Assembly: GCA_028826165.1 (NCBI GenBank)
Contig: JAPDFW010000133.1
Location: forward strand, 72,324 to 136,323
Reading direction: 5' to 3'
Length of the DNA: 64,000 nucleotides
Source: Anaeramoeba ignava BMAN
Lineage: Eukaryota; Protista; Anaeramoebae
The number at the start of each line of letters is the position of its first letter. Positions within the stretch are counted from its first letter, which is position 1. The notes below the pieces were generated by a model. The model was not told the origin of the DNA. It did not search any database and was given only the letters and a program-made list of their open reading frames with translations. This document shows, piece after piece, positions 1-13,872 of the stretch. Both the position numbers and the translations under genes were made by a program.

Positions 1-140
1 TTTAATTTTAATTTAATTTTGATTTAATTTTAATTTAATTTTGATTTAATTTTAATTTAATTTTGATTTAATTTTAATTTAATTTTGATTTAATTTTAAT
101 TTAATTTTAATTAAATTTTGATTTAATTTTGATTTAATTT
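1..140. repeat. AT-rich short-unit tandem repeat (TTTAATTTT(G/A)A-type), truncated by the window edge
   Basis: Direct ~11-bp periodicity visible in the sequence. Confidence 0.85.
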
Positions 141-251
141 ATTTGAATTGATTTCATTTAGTTAAAAAAAAAAAAATTTCAATCATTTTCTTTTTCTGTA
201 CTTGTGTTTGATTTTTTTTTTTAAATTTTTTTGTTTTTTTCCTTAAATTGT

Positions 252-3200
252 TTAAATTTGAAATTCATCACCAAATTTTTGATGAACTAATTCCAAAATT
301 TCCTGTTTTTCAATCGCAATTTTTTCAATCTTTTTTTGAAGCTCATTAATTTGTTTTGTTAAAGCATCATTTCTTTGTTCCAATTCTTTTCTCAATTCAA
401 TATCATATTTCAAAGTTCTTTTCAAGAGATAAAATTTCAGCTTTGATTCCCTTATGTTTTTGAGAACTGGATCCTTTTCTTGGAGGAACATAGTCTCTTG
501 TCATTTCAACATAAGAAGAAGGAATCAAACCCTCTTTTCCTGAAACAACCGATTTTGCAAACCACCAACCACCTTCTTTTTCATCTTCTTCACCTATTTT
601 TTTGGAAATTATTTCGAGAATATCTCCTTCATCGAATTCGAGTTCATCTTCCCTTTCTGCTTTGAATGCAAAATTTGCTTTTGCATAAATATCTGGAATA
701 TAATTTTTAGGTTTTTTCTGTTTTTCATTTCATTTCATTTCATGTTAATGTTTTATTTTTGGAAAATTTTTTCATTTATTTTTTTTTTTACAAGAAATAG
801 AAATTCGAATTCTTGAAATAATATCAAGCAAATCGAATATTGTTGTTGTGTTTCTTCGACTTTTTTACGGAGAATTAAAGGCCCAATAAACATTGCGAGA
901 TTTGATAGAGTCATTTTATTATGGCTTGATGCACCTGAAACCTTGTTCATATGCTGACAAAGTAATTTCAGTGATTCAAAGTTGGGTTTTGGAAGTGAAT
1001 CGACTAATGAATTCAAAAACTCCATTTTTTCCCATAAAATAGAAAATCCTTTTCAAAGTTTTTCATTTTGAATTAATTTGTGTTATTTTTATTTTGAATA
1101 AGAAATTAAAACAAACCATCTGCTTTGATAAAATCGTCATATAAACTGTTTGGAATCAAAGGTTCGCCAAGTTCTCTCAGATAAAGTTTAACAATTTCTG
1201 CTGTATCATGAGGTGATTTAGTCACACTTTCAATTTCAAGATCATCAGCTGAATTTTTTGATTTTTTTATTTTTGGAAATTTCATGTTAGGAGTTTATTT
1301 TTGAATATTTTATTCATTTTTAAAATACTTTGGTCAAAAAATTCTTTCAATTTAGCAACATTTTCTGAGGTTCCCATTTTTCTGTAAATTCCTTCAACAT
1401 TAATCCCATTTTTTTCAATAAAGTCAAAGCATTTGACTAATATTCTTGGTACTTCATGTTGTCTTCCACCTCGATTTAAAGCATAACTTAATGGATAAGT
1501 GAATATTGGAGTAGAATCTTCTTCTTTCTAAATGATATTTTTGTTTTGATAAATTGAATTATATTTAGATTTTTTTTTTAATTTACTTTAATTTGATTTT
1601 GATCTTGTCTAAATTTGACTTTTCTAACAAGAGTAAAACTTGCGTTTTGAATATCATCAATATTTTGGTTTGTAATTGATTTATTTCTATCAAGTGGATC
1701 TAAATTTCAAGTTTTGAAAATTTTCAATATAATTTTTTATTTTTTAATTTCCAATTTTCAATTTTCAATTACGATTTCCATGAAATAAACTAAAATCATA
1801 AAAATTTTCTTCTCCAAATTCTCTTGTAATTTTAGGAAGTTGTTGAGCAAGAGAAACACCTTCAAGAATTTCAATATTTTTATCTTGTTTTTGATATTTA
1901 ACATTAATAAACAAAGCGATTCTTTGTCTAAATTCGATTGATTCCTTTTTTTATATAAATAAATATATAAATAAATATATAATTAAATATATATATAAAT
2001 ATATAAATAATTAAATATATAAATAAATATATAAATAAATAAATTTATAAATAAATTTATAAATAAATTTATAATTAAATAAATATATAAATAAATTTAT
2101 AAATAAATATATAAATAAATATAAATAAATATATAAAATATAAATAAAATAAATAAATAAATATAAAAAAAATAAATAAATAAATATATAAATAAATTTG
2201 TGTAAATAAATATATAAAATAAATTTAAAATATATAAATAAATAAATTAAATATATAATAAATTTATAAATTTGTAATTAAATATATAATTAAATTTATA
2301 AATAAATTTGTAATTAAATTTATAAATAAATTTGTAATTAAAAAATAAATATATAAATAAATATATAATTAAATTTGTAATTAAAATAAATTTATAAATT
2401 AAATTTATAATTAAAATATATAATATAAATAAATTTATAAAATAAATATATAATTAAATAAATTAATATATAAATTAATACATAAATATAAATAAATTTA
2501 TAAATAAAATTTATAAATAAATATATAAATAAATTTATAAATAAAATAAATATATATAAATAAAATATATAATTTGTAAATAAATATATAAATAAATTTG
2601 TAATTAAATATATAAATAAATTTATAAATAAATATATAATTAAATATATAAATAAATATATAATTAAAAATAAATTTAAATAAATTTATAAATAAATTTA
2701 TAAATAAATATATAAAAATAAATTAAATAAACAAAAAATAAATAAATATAAATAAAAATATAAATAAAATATATAAATAAATAAATAAATAAATATATAA
2801 ATAAATTTATAAATAAATATATAAATAAATATATAAATAAAATATAAATAAATTTAACAAAATAAATAAATTTATAAATAAATATATAAATAAATATATA
2901 TAAATAAATATATAAATTTAAAATTATAAATAAATATATAAATAAATATATAAATTTATATAAAATAAATATATAAATAAATATATAAATAAATAATATA
3001 AATAAAAACAAATAAAATATATAAAATAAATATATAAATAAAATAAATAAATAAAAATATATAATAAAATAAAAATATAAAATATATATATAAATAAACA
3101 AATATATAAATAAATATAATAAATAAATAAATAAATATAAAATAAATTTATAAATAAAATATAAAAAAACAAATAAATAAATATAAATAAATATATATAA

Positions 3201-4897
3201 AAAAAACATAAAATAAAAATAATAAAATATATAAAATAAAAATATATAAATATATAAAATAAATAAATAAATATATATAAAAAAATAAAAAAATAAATAT
3301 ATAAACAAAATATATAAAATAAAATAAATAAATAAATAAAATAAATATATAAATAAAATAAATAAATAAATAAATAAATAAATATATAAAATATACAACA
3401 AATATATAAATAAATAACAAATAAATATAAATAAAATATAAATAAAATAAATAAATACATAAATAAAATATTAAAAAACAAATATAAATAATATAAAAAA
3501 TAACAAAACATATATAAAAATATAAATAAATATTATAAATAAATAATAAAATATATAAATAAATAAAAAATAAACAAAAATATAAATAAATATATAAACA
3601 ATAAATATAAAATAAACAAAAATAAATAAATAAATAAATAAATAAAAATATAAAAAAATATAAATAAACATATAAACAAATAATAAAAAATATAAAATAA
3701 AATAAAATAAATAAATAAAAATAATAAAATAAAAATATAAATAAAATATATAAAATAAATATATAAAATAAATTTATAAATATATAAATAAATATATAAA
3801 TAAATATATAAATAAATATATAAATAAATATATAAATAAATATATAAATAAATTTATAAATAAATAATATAAAAATATAAATAAATTTATAAATAAATTT
3901 ATAAATATATAAATAAATATATAAATAAAAATAAATTTATAAAAATAAATATAAATAAATATATAAATAAATATATAAATAAATTTATAAATAAATATAT
4001 AAATAAATTTATAATTAAATAAATTTATAAATAAATTTATATATATAAATAAATATATTAAATAAATATAAATAAAATAAATAAATAAAATAATTAATAT
4101 AAATAAATATAAATAAAAATAAATATATAAAAAATAAAATAAATAAATATAAATAAATATAAATAAATAAATAAATATATAAATAAAAATAAATATATAA
4201 ATAAATATATAAATAAATAAATATAAATAAATTTATATAAAAATAAATATATAAATAAATTTATAAATAAATAAAAATATATATAAATAAATAATAAATA
4301 AATATATAAATAAATATATAAATAAATTTTAAATATATAAATAAATATATAAATAAATTTATAATTAAATTTGTAATTAAATTTATAAATAAATATATAT
4401 AAATAATTAAATTTGTAATTAAATTTATAAATAAATATATAAATAAATTTGTAAATAAATATATAAATAAATATATAATTAAATTTATAATTAAATTTAT
4501 AATTAAATATATAATTAAATATATAATTAAATATATAAATAAATTTGTAATTAAATTTGTAAATAAATTTGTAATTAAATTTGGAAAAAAATTTCTAAAG
4601 CGTTTTTTTTTTGCAATTTCATTATTTGTAAATAAAAAATTTTGCAAATACTTGTTTCCAAAGTTCATAACTCATTAAAGTTCTATCTTCTTCTAACCAA
4701 AAACCATTATCAGAAGTACAATAAAGTCCATAATCTTCAAATCGATTCATATCTAATCCATTTATTTTAAAAATTCTTTCTTTAATTTCTCGAACAAGAG
4801 CAACTGGTGAAGAATCCATAGTTTGTGTTGATTGATGAAATGGATAAACAATATGAAGTAATAAAGTTGCTGCCATTTTTTTTTCTTGAGAATCCAT
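252..4897 (-). CDS. RhoGAP with two N-terminal ubiquitin-like (talin FERM F0/F1-like) domains, SH3 and C-terminal coiled coil; 7 exons
   Basis: In-phase GT-AG exons 4897-4652, 1944-1773, 1699-1587, 1527-1329, 1248-1117, 1048-792, 717-252. RhoGAP motifs VPRILVKCFDFIEKNGINVEGIYRKMG, LYLRELGEPLIP, NKMTLSNLAMFIGP. SH3 AKANFAFKAEREDELEFDEGD...GWW...GLIPSSYV. One 1-bp frameshift near 410-425 is needed to reach the coiled coil, otherwise it stops at ~405. Confidence 0.85.
1945..4651 (-). repeat. 2.7-kb intron 1 of the RhoGAP, almost entirely a degenerate A/T ~12-mer satellite (ATAAATAAAT(A/T)T)
   Basis: GTATTT donor at 4651 and AAG acceptor at 1945 keep the frame (YELWKQ|ESIEFRQR). Confidence 0.85.
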
Positions 4898-5078
4898 TTG
4901 ATATAAAAATTAACAAAAAAAAAAAATTTGAGGAAAAAATAAATGAGGAAAAAAATGAAAAAAAAAAATAAAAATTTAATTAAAAAATTTTTTATTTATT
5001 TTTATTAAAAATTATTAAATAAATATATAACTTTTTGAAAAAAAAAAAATAAGAAAAAATTTAAATTTAAAATAATTT

Positions 5079-5151
5079 GCTTTCTTAGCTCAGCCGGTAG
5101 AGCGCTTGTCTTGTAAACAAGAGGTCACTGGTTCGATTCCAGTAGAAAGCA
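5079..5151 (+). tRNA. tRNA-Thr(UGU)
   Basis: Cloverleaf: acceptor GCTTTCT/AGAAAGC, D-stem GCTC/GAGC, anticodon stem CTTGT/ACAAG with TGT, T-arm ACTGG-TTCGATT-CCAGT; oligo-T Pol III terminator follows. Confidence 0.97.
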
Positions 5152-5190
5152 TTATTTTTTTTTATTTTATTTTTTTATTTATTTTTTTAT

Positions 5191-5854
5191 TTATTTAAAA
5201 TCTGGAAAAATTAATTTTGAATTTTTAATAAAAAAAGAAATTATTTGAGCAGTTTCATTTGATTGTAAATCTTGTTCATGACAAAAAGAAGGAAGAAAAA
5301 CCATTCTAAATTCAAATTAAAAAAAATTTGATTAAAAATTTAAAGTAAAAAATTGGATAAATTTACGCTAAAGCAGAAGCATTCATTAAATTCTCATCAG
5401 AATGTCGAGATATTTTTCTTAATAATAACATAATCTTTTGTAGAATTTTACAATTATAAATGGGAATATTTTCTAATAAACTTTTTGTTTGAAAAATTTT
5501 TTCTCTTTGATTTAAATTTTCAAATTTGAAAAATTCTTGAATTAAAGAATTTGATAATAAAGATTGAGGAAGATCTCTAGCAAATTGTTTCAAAAGAGAA
5601 GCAACAGTGAATTCCAAAGTTTTTTCTTTTTCATAATCAATAACTTCTCCTTTATTCCATCTTTTTATAATTGATTCCATTTCTGTTTTATTTCCTGGAA
5701 TACGAAAAATTCCTGTTGTTTCTATGCTTTTTTTTTTCAAATAATTCACAGAATTTGTAACAATTCTTGGGATTGGTGTTTCTTCTTCTCTTTTTTCTAA
5801 TTCCGTTAATGAAATACCAAATATTTGTTTAGATTTTATTTCTTTTTTTTCCAT
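5191..5854 (-). CDS. Small stand-alone RhoGAP, 2 coding exons
   Basis: Exons 5854-5367 and 5305-5191. Motifs IFGISL, TTGIFRIPG (arginine finger), VASLLKQFARDLP, NLMNASALA|MVFLPSF. Confidence 0.9.
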
Positions 5855-5929
5855 TTAATATTTTTATTTCTATCTATTTATTTTTTATTAACAATTTAAT
5901 TTTAAAATGATTTGAATTTTGATTTTGAA

Positions 5930-8900
5930 ATAATTTTGGAATAATTTTGAAATAATTTTGATATAATTTTGAAATAATTTTGATATAATTTAAACTTGAT
6001 ATAATTTAATTTTGATATAATTTAAACTTGATATAATTTAATCTTGATATAATTTAAATATTAATTTAAACTTGATATAATTTAAACTTGATATAATTTA
6101 ATCTTGATATAATTTAAACTTGATATAATTTAAACTTGATATAATTTAAATTTAATATAATTTAAACTTGATATAATTTAAATTTAATATCAATTTAAAT
6201 TTAAAATATAATTTAATCTCGATATAATTTAAAACTTGATATAATTTTCAATTTAATATATATTTTAAAATTTAATATAATTTAAAAAATTTATTTAATT
6301 TAATTTAAATTTAATATAATTTAAACTTAAATATGTTAATTTAAAACTTAATATAATCAATTTAAACTTGATATAATTTAAACTTAATATCAATTTAAAC
6401 TTGATATAATTTAAACTTGATATAATTTTAAATTTAAACTTGATATAATTTAAACTTGATATAATTTAAATTTTAATTTAAATTTAATATAATTTAAACT
6501 TAAATATAATTTTAAACTTAATATCAATTTAAACTTGATATAATTTAAAATTTAATATAATTTTAAATTTTAATTTAAACTTAATATAATTTAAATTTAA
6601 TATCAATTTAAACTTGATATAATTTAAACTTAAATATAATTTAAATTTAATATAATTTAAATTTAATATAATTTAAATTTAATATAATTTAAAACTTTGA
6701 TATATAAATTTAATTTAAACTTGATATAATTTAAATTTAATATAATTTAATAATTTAAATCAATTTAAACTTGATATAATTTAAACTTAATATAATTTAA
6801 TATAATTAAATTTAAACTTGATATAATTTAATCTTGATATAATTTAAATTTAATATAATTTAAACTTGATATAATTTAAACTTAATAATTTTTGATATAA
6901 TTTAAACTTGATATAATTTAAACTTGATATAATTTAAACTTGATATAATTTAAACTTATATTTAAACTTGATATAATTTATAATTTAAACTTAAATATAA
7001 TTTAATTTAAACTTAATATAAATATAATTTAAACTTGATATAATTTAAATTTTTAATTTAATATCAATTTAAACTTGATATAATTATTTAAATTTGATAT
7101 AATTTAAATTTGATATAATTTAAATTTAAATATAATTTAAATTTAATATAATTTAAACTTGATATAATTTAAACTTAATATAATTTAAATTTAATATCAT
7201 CAATTTAAACTTGATATAATTTAAATTTGATATAATTTTTAAACTTGATATAAATTTAAATTTAAAATATAATTTAAATTTAATATAATTTAAATTTGAT
7301 ATAATTTGGAATTTAATATCATAATTTAAACTTGATATAATTTAAACTTGATATTTAAATTTGATTAATTTAAACTTGATATAATTTAAACTTGATATAA
7401 TTTAAATTTAAACTTGATATAATTTAAATTTAATATAATTTAAACTTAATATAATTTAAATTTTATAATAAACTTGATATAATTTAAATATTGACATAAT
7501 TTAATTTGATATCAATTTAAACTTGATTAAAATTTAATATAATTTTATATAATTTAAACTTGATATAATTTAAACTTGATATAATTTAAACTTGATATAA
7601 TTTAAACTTAATATAATTTAAATTTGATATAATTTAAACTTGATATAATTTAAACTTGATATAATTTTTAAACTTGATATAATTGAATTTAAACTTGATA
7701 TAATTTAAAACTTGATATAATTTATATAATTTAAACTTGATATAAACTTTATAATTTAAACTTGATATAATTTAAAAACTTGATATAATTTAAACTTGAT
7801 ATAATTTAAACTTGATATAATTTAATATCAATTTAAATTTAATATAATTTAAATTTGATATAATTTAAACTTAATATAATTTAAACTTGATATAATTTAA
7901 ATTTAATATAATTTAAACTTGATATAATTTAAATTTGATATAATTTAAACTTGATATAATTTAAACTTGATATAATTTAAATTTGATATAATTTAAATTT
8001 GATATAATTTAAACTTGATATAATTTAAACTTGATATAATTTAAACTTGATATAATTTAAATTTAAACTTAATATAATAATTTAAATTTAATATAATTTA
8101 AATTTTAATCTTGATATAATTTAAACTTAATATAATTTAAATATAAATTTTAAACTTGATATAATTTAAACTTTGATTTAAATTTAATATTAATATAATT
8201 TAAACTTGATATAATTTAAATTTGATATAATTTAAATATTTAAATTTAATTTAACTTATATAATTTATATAATTTAAACTTGATATAATTTAAATAATTT
8301 AAACTTGATATAAATTTTAAATATAATTTGATATATAATTTAAACTTGATATAATTTAAACTTAATTTTTTGATATAAATTTGATTAATTTAAACTTGAT
8401 ATAATTTAAATTTGATAATTTAAATTTAAATTAAATATATAATTTAAACTTATATAATTTAAACTTGATATAATTTAAACTTGATATAAATTTGATATAA
8501 ATTTGAATTATAATTTAAATTTAAACTATAATTTCAAACTTGATATAAATTTAAACTTGATATAATTTAAACTTGATATAATTTAAACTTTATAATTTAT
8601 ATGATATAATTTAAATTTGATATAATTTAAATTTAATATAATTTAAATTTTTAATTATAAATATATATAATTTAAATTTGATATAATTTTAAACTTGATA
8701 TAATTTAAATTTGATTTTGATATAATTTAAATTTGATATAATTTAAACTTGATATAATTTAAACTTGATATAATTTAAATTTGATATAATTTTGATATAA
8801 TTTTTTGATATAATTTAAACTTGATATAATTTTAAATTTTAAATTAAATGATAATTTAAACTTGATATAATTTTAAAATTTGATATAATTTAAAATTTAA

Positions 8901-9410
8901 ATTTTAATATCAATTTAAACTTGATATGAATTTAAATTTGATATAATTTAAATTTAATATAATTTAAATTTAATATAATTTAAACTTGATATAATTTAAA
9001 CTTGATATAATTTAAACTTGATATAATTTAAACTTAATATAATTTAAATTTAATATAATTTAATCTCGATATAATTTAAACTTGATATAATTTAAATTTA
9101 ATATAATCTTGATATAATTTAAATTTAATATAATTTAAATTTAATATCAATTTAAACTTGATATAATTTAAACTTGATATAATTTAATCTTGATATAATT
9201 TAAACTTGATATAATTTAAACTTAATATAATTTAAATTTAATATAATTTAAACTTGATATAATTTAATCTCGATATAATTTAATATTGATATAATTTAAA
9301 CTTGATATAATTTAAACTTGTTATAATTTAATCTTGATATAATTTAATCTTAATATCAATTTAAATTTGATATCAATTTAAACTTGATATAATTTAAATT
9401 TAATATAATT
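5930..9410. repeat. 3.5-kb 16-bp satellite (CTTGATATAATTTAAA)n, probably a 5'-UTR intron of the small RhoGAP
   Basis: Period 16 (e.g. C at 6907, 6923, 6939, 6955). Confidence 0.9.
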
Positions 9411-9490
9411 TTAATAAGAAATGATGTAAAAAATTTAATTTTAAATAAATTTATAATTACGAAATTGAAAGAATAATTGAAAAATTAAAG

Positions 9491-9690
9491 TAAAAAAAAA
9501 ATGAAAAAAAATAAAAAAATTAAATTAAAAAAATTAGTCAAAATTATTTAAAATTATTTGTAAATTAAAAAAATTTTTTTGAATTATGCCCACTTAAATA
9601 AAAATAAAAAAAAAAAGAAAAAAATAAAAAGAAAAAAAGAAAAATAATTAAAATTTAAATTTTTTTTTTTCATTTTTTTTTCATTCAAAA
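9491..9690. promoter_or_regulatory. Putative bidirectional promoter with opposed TTTTCATTTT initiator-like motifs
   Basis: Minus-strand motif at ~9497-9510 and plus-strand motifs at 9665-9685, upstream of the phosphatase ATG at 9762. Confidence 0.55.
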
Positions 9691-9761
9691 TTTTTTACAA
9701 ACAAAAAAACCAAAAAAAAAGAAAAAGTAAATCAATAATTTTATTTGATTTAAAATTAAGA

Positions 9762-12700
9762 ATGGATGTTGATTGGTGTATTGAGAAACTAACAAAAAAC
9801 CCACCTGAAGTACTTCCTGAACAAATTGTGAAAGAAATTTGTGATAAAATTAAAGAGTTGTTGATTTATGAATCAAATGTAGCTGTTGTCAAAACTCCTG
9901 TTTCAGTTGTTGGCGATATTCATGGGTATTTTTACTTGATTTCCTTTATGAAATTATTTACTTATAATTTCTTAATTAAAAAAAAAAGCAAATCTATTTA
10001 AAAAATCTATTTAAAAAATCTATTTAAAAAATGAATTTATAAAATTATTTATAAAATCTATTTATTAAATTAATTATAAAATTATTTATAAAAATTTATT
10101 TATTAAAATTATTTATAAAATTATTTATAAAAATTTAATTATTTATAAAATATTTATAAAATTATTTATAAAAAATTAAAATTATAAAAATTTATAAAAT
10201 TATTTATAAAATTATTTATAAAATTAATTATAAAATTAAATATAAAATTATTTATAAAATTATTTATAAAATTATTTATAAAATTAAATATAAAATTATT
10301 TATAAAATTATTTATAAAATTATTTATAAAATTATTTATAAAATTATTTATTTATAAAATTATTTTATAAAAAAAATTATAAAATTAATTATAAAATTAT
10401 TTATAAAATTATTTATAAAATTATTTATAAAATTATTTATAAAATTATTTATAAATTTATTTATAAAATTATTTATAAAAATTATTTATAAAATTATTTA
10501 TAAAATTATTTATAAAATTATTTATAAAATTATTTATAAAATTAATTTATAAAATTATTTATAAAATTATTTATAAATTATTTATAAAATTATTTATAAA
10601 ATTATTTTAAAATTATTTATAAAAATTATATTTATAAAAATTTATAAAATTATTTTAAAATTAATTATTAAATTATTTATAAAATTATTTATAAAATTAA
10701 ATTAAATATAAAATTATTTATAAAATTATTTATAAAATTATTTATAAAATTATTTATAAAATTAAATATAAAATTATTTATAAAATTATTTATAAAATTA
10801 TTTATAAAATTATTTATAAAATTATTTATAAAATTATTAAAATTTATAAAAATTTATAAAATTATTTATAAAATTATTTATTAAATTACTTATAAAATTA
10901 TTTATAAAATTATTTATAAAATTATTTATAAAATTATTTATTTATAAAATTAATTATAAAATTAAATATATTTATAAAATTATTTATAAAATTATTTATA
11001 AAATTATTTATAAAATTATTTATAAAATTATTTATAAAATTATTTATAAAATTATTTATAAAATTATTTATAAAATTATTTATAAAAATTATATTTATAA
11101 AATTAATTATAAAATTATTTATAAAATGAATTATAAAATTATTTATAAAATTATTTATAAAATTATTTATAAAATTATTTATAAAATTATTTATAAATAT
11201 AAAATTATTTATAAAATTAATTATAAAATTAATTATAAAATGAATTATAAAAAATTATAAAATGAATTATAAAATTATTTATAAAATTATATATAAAATT
11301 ATTTATAAATTAAATTATATAAAATTATTTATAAATTTATTTATAAAATTATATATAAAATTATTCATAAAATTATTTATAAAATTATTTATAAAATTAT
11401 TTATAAAATTATTTATAAAATTATTTATAAAATTATTTATAAAATTATTTATAAAATTATTTATAAAATTATTTATAAAATTTATTTATAAAATTAAATA
11501 TAAAATTATTTATAAAATTATTTATTAAATTAAATATTTATAAAATTAATTATAAAATTATTTATAAAATTAATTATAAAATTATTTATAAAATTATTTA
11601 TAAAATTATTTATAAAATTAAATTATTTATAAAATTATTTATAAAAATTAAATATAAAATTATTTATAAAATTATTTATAAAATTATTTATAAAATTATT
11701 TATAAAATTATTTATAAAATTATTTATAAAATTATTTATAAAATTAATTAATAAAATTAATTATAAAATTATTTATAAAATTATTTATAAAATTATTTAT
11801 AAAATTATTTATAAAATTATTTATAAAATTATAAAATTATAAAATTATTTATAAAATTATTTATAAAATTATTTATAAAATTATTTATAAAATTATTTAT
11901 AAAATTATATATAAAATTATTTATAAAATTATTTATAAAATTATTTATATAAAATTAAATATAAAATTATTTATAAAATTATTTATAAAATTATTTATAA
12001 AATTATTTATTAAAATTATTTATAAAATTATTTATTAAAATTATTTATAAAATTATTTATAAAATTATTTATAAAATTATTTATAAAATTATTTATAAAA
12101 ATTATTTATAAAATTAAATTATAAAATTATTTATAAAATTATTTTATAAAATTATTTATATAAAAAATTTTAAAATTATTTATAAAATTATTTATAAAAT
12201 TATTTATAAAATTATATTTATAAAATTATTTATAAAATTATTTATTAAAATTAATTATTATTTATAAAATTAATTATAAAATTATTTATAAAATTAATTA
12301 TAAAATTATTTATAAAATTATTTATAAAATTATTTATAAAATTATTTATAAAATTATTTATAAAATTATTTATAAAATTATTTATAAAATTATTTATAAA
12401 ATTATTTATAAAATTATTTATAAAATTATTTATAAAATGAATTATAAAATGAATTATAAAATTATTTAGACAATATTATGATTTAATGGAAATGTTCAAA
12501 GTTGGTGGTGAGTGTCCTGATACAAATTATCTTTTTTTAGGAAATTATGTTGATCGAGGATATTATAGGTTTATATTATTAAATTAATTAAAATTAAAAT
12601 TAAAATTAAAATTAAAATTACGATAAATATTTTAGTGTTGAAACTCTATCTCTTCTTGCTTGTTTAAAGATTCGTTATCCATCAAGAATAACTTTATTAA

Positions 12701-13872
12701 GAGGAAATCATGAATCAAGAGCCGTTACACAAGTAAATTTCATGTTAAAAAAAATTTTAAAATGTCTTGTTGAAACAAAAAATTTTTATATTTTAAAAAA
12801 TTTTGAAAATTAGGTTTATGGATTTTATGGTGAATGTTTAAGAAAATATGGAAACACGAATGTTTGGAAGTATTTTACTGAAATGTTTGATTATCTTCAA
12901 ATTGCTGCATTAATTGATTCAAAAATATTTTGTGTTCATGCTGGACTTTCTCCTTCAATTTCAACAATAGATCAAGTAATTATTTTCAATAATTAAAATT
13001 AAAATTAAAATTAAAATTAAAATTAAAATTAAATTTAAAATAATTAAAATTAAAATTCATTTATAAAATCAAAATTAAAATTAAAATTATAATTAAAATT
13101 AAAATTAATTTTTAAAATTAAAATTAAAATTAAAGATTCAGTTCTTGATAAATTTCAAAATCAAAAATTAAAATTATAATTAAAATGAAAAATATAAAAT
13201 TAAAAATAAAATTAAAATTAAAGATTCGGTTAATTAAAATTAAAATTTTTATAAAATTAAAATTAAAATTAAAATTAAAATTAAAATTAAACTGAAAATC
13301 AAAATTAAAATATTAAAATTAAAATTAAATTTAAAATTAAAATTAAAATTAAAATTAAATTTAAAATTAAAATTAAAATTTAAATTAAAATTAAAATTAT
13401 AATTAAAATTAAAATTAAAATTAAAATTAAAATTAAAATTAAAATTAAAATTAAAATTAATATAAAAATTAAAATTAAAATTAAAATTAAAATTAAAATT
13501 AAAATTTAAATTAAAATTAAAATTAAAATTAAATTTAAAATTAAAAGAGGGCCAGGATATCTTTTTGGACAAGATACAGTTAACAAATTTATTCAAGGTA
13601 ACAATCTAAGTCTAATAGTAAGATCGCACCAACTATGTTTAGACGGACATCAAATCATATTTTCTCGAAAATTATCAACAATATGGTCTGCACCAAATTT
13701 CTGTTATCGATGTGGAAATGTCGCAACAATTTTGGAAGTTTATAACGAATCTGATAAAGAATCTGATCCAATTTTTAACTTTAATTACAACACTTATACT
13801 GCTGCTCCTGATAGTGAAAGAATCTTCCCAACTCTTGAAACTGCTAAGGATATTCCAGACTATTTTCAATAA
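9762..13872 (+). CDS. PPP-family Ser/Thr phosphatase (PP2A/PP4/PP6 group, PP4/Ppg1-like); possibly inactive; one exon damaged or missing in this sequence
   Basis: Exons 9762-9925, 12470-12568, 12636-12732, 12814-12975, fragment from 13136, and ~13548-13872. Motifs [39 protein letters not shown]; ends IPDYFQ*. Confidence 0.9.
10030..12465. repeat. 12-bp satellite (ATAAAATTATTT)n filling phosphatase intron 1 (9926-12469)
   Basis: Visible periodicity; the intron splits GDIHG|Q in phase. Confidence 0.9.

Noticed and set aside
2676-4668. Long hydrophobic I/Y/F/L ORFs (also 11262, 13249, 23480-24474, 39056-41573, 51813-52485, 52760, 55863)
   Set aside because: Translations of AT satellites in introns, or antisense to NQ repeats; no domain content
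5930-9410. CRISPR-like or telomeric array
   Set aside because: Head-to-tail units with no unique spacers, no cas genes, eukaryotic context, internal position and no G-rich strand
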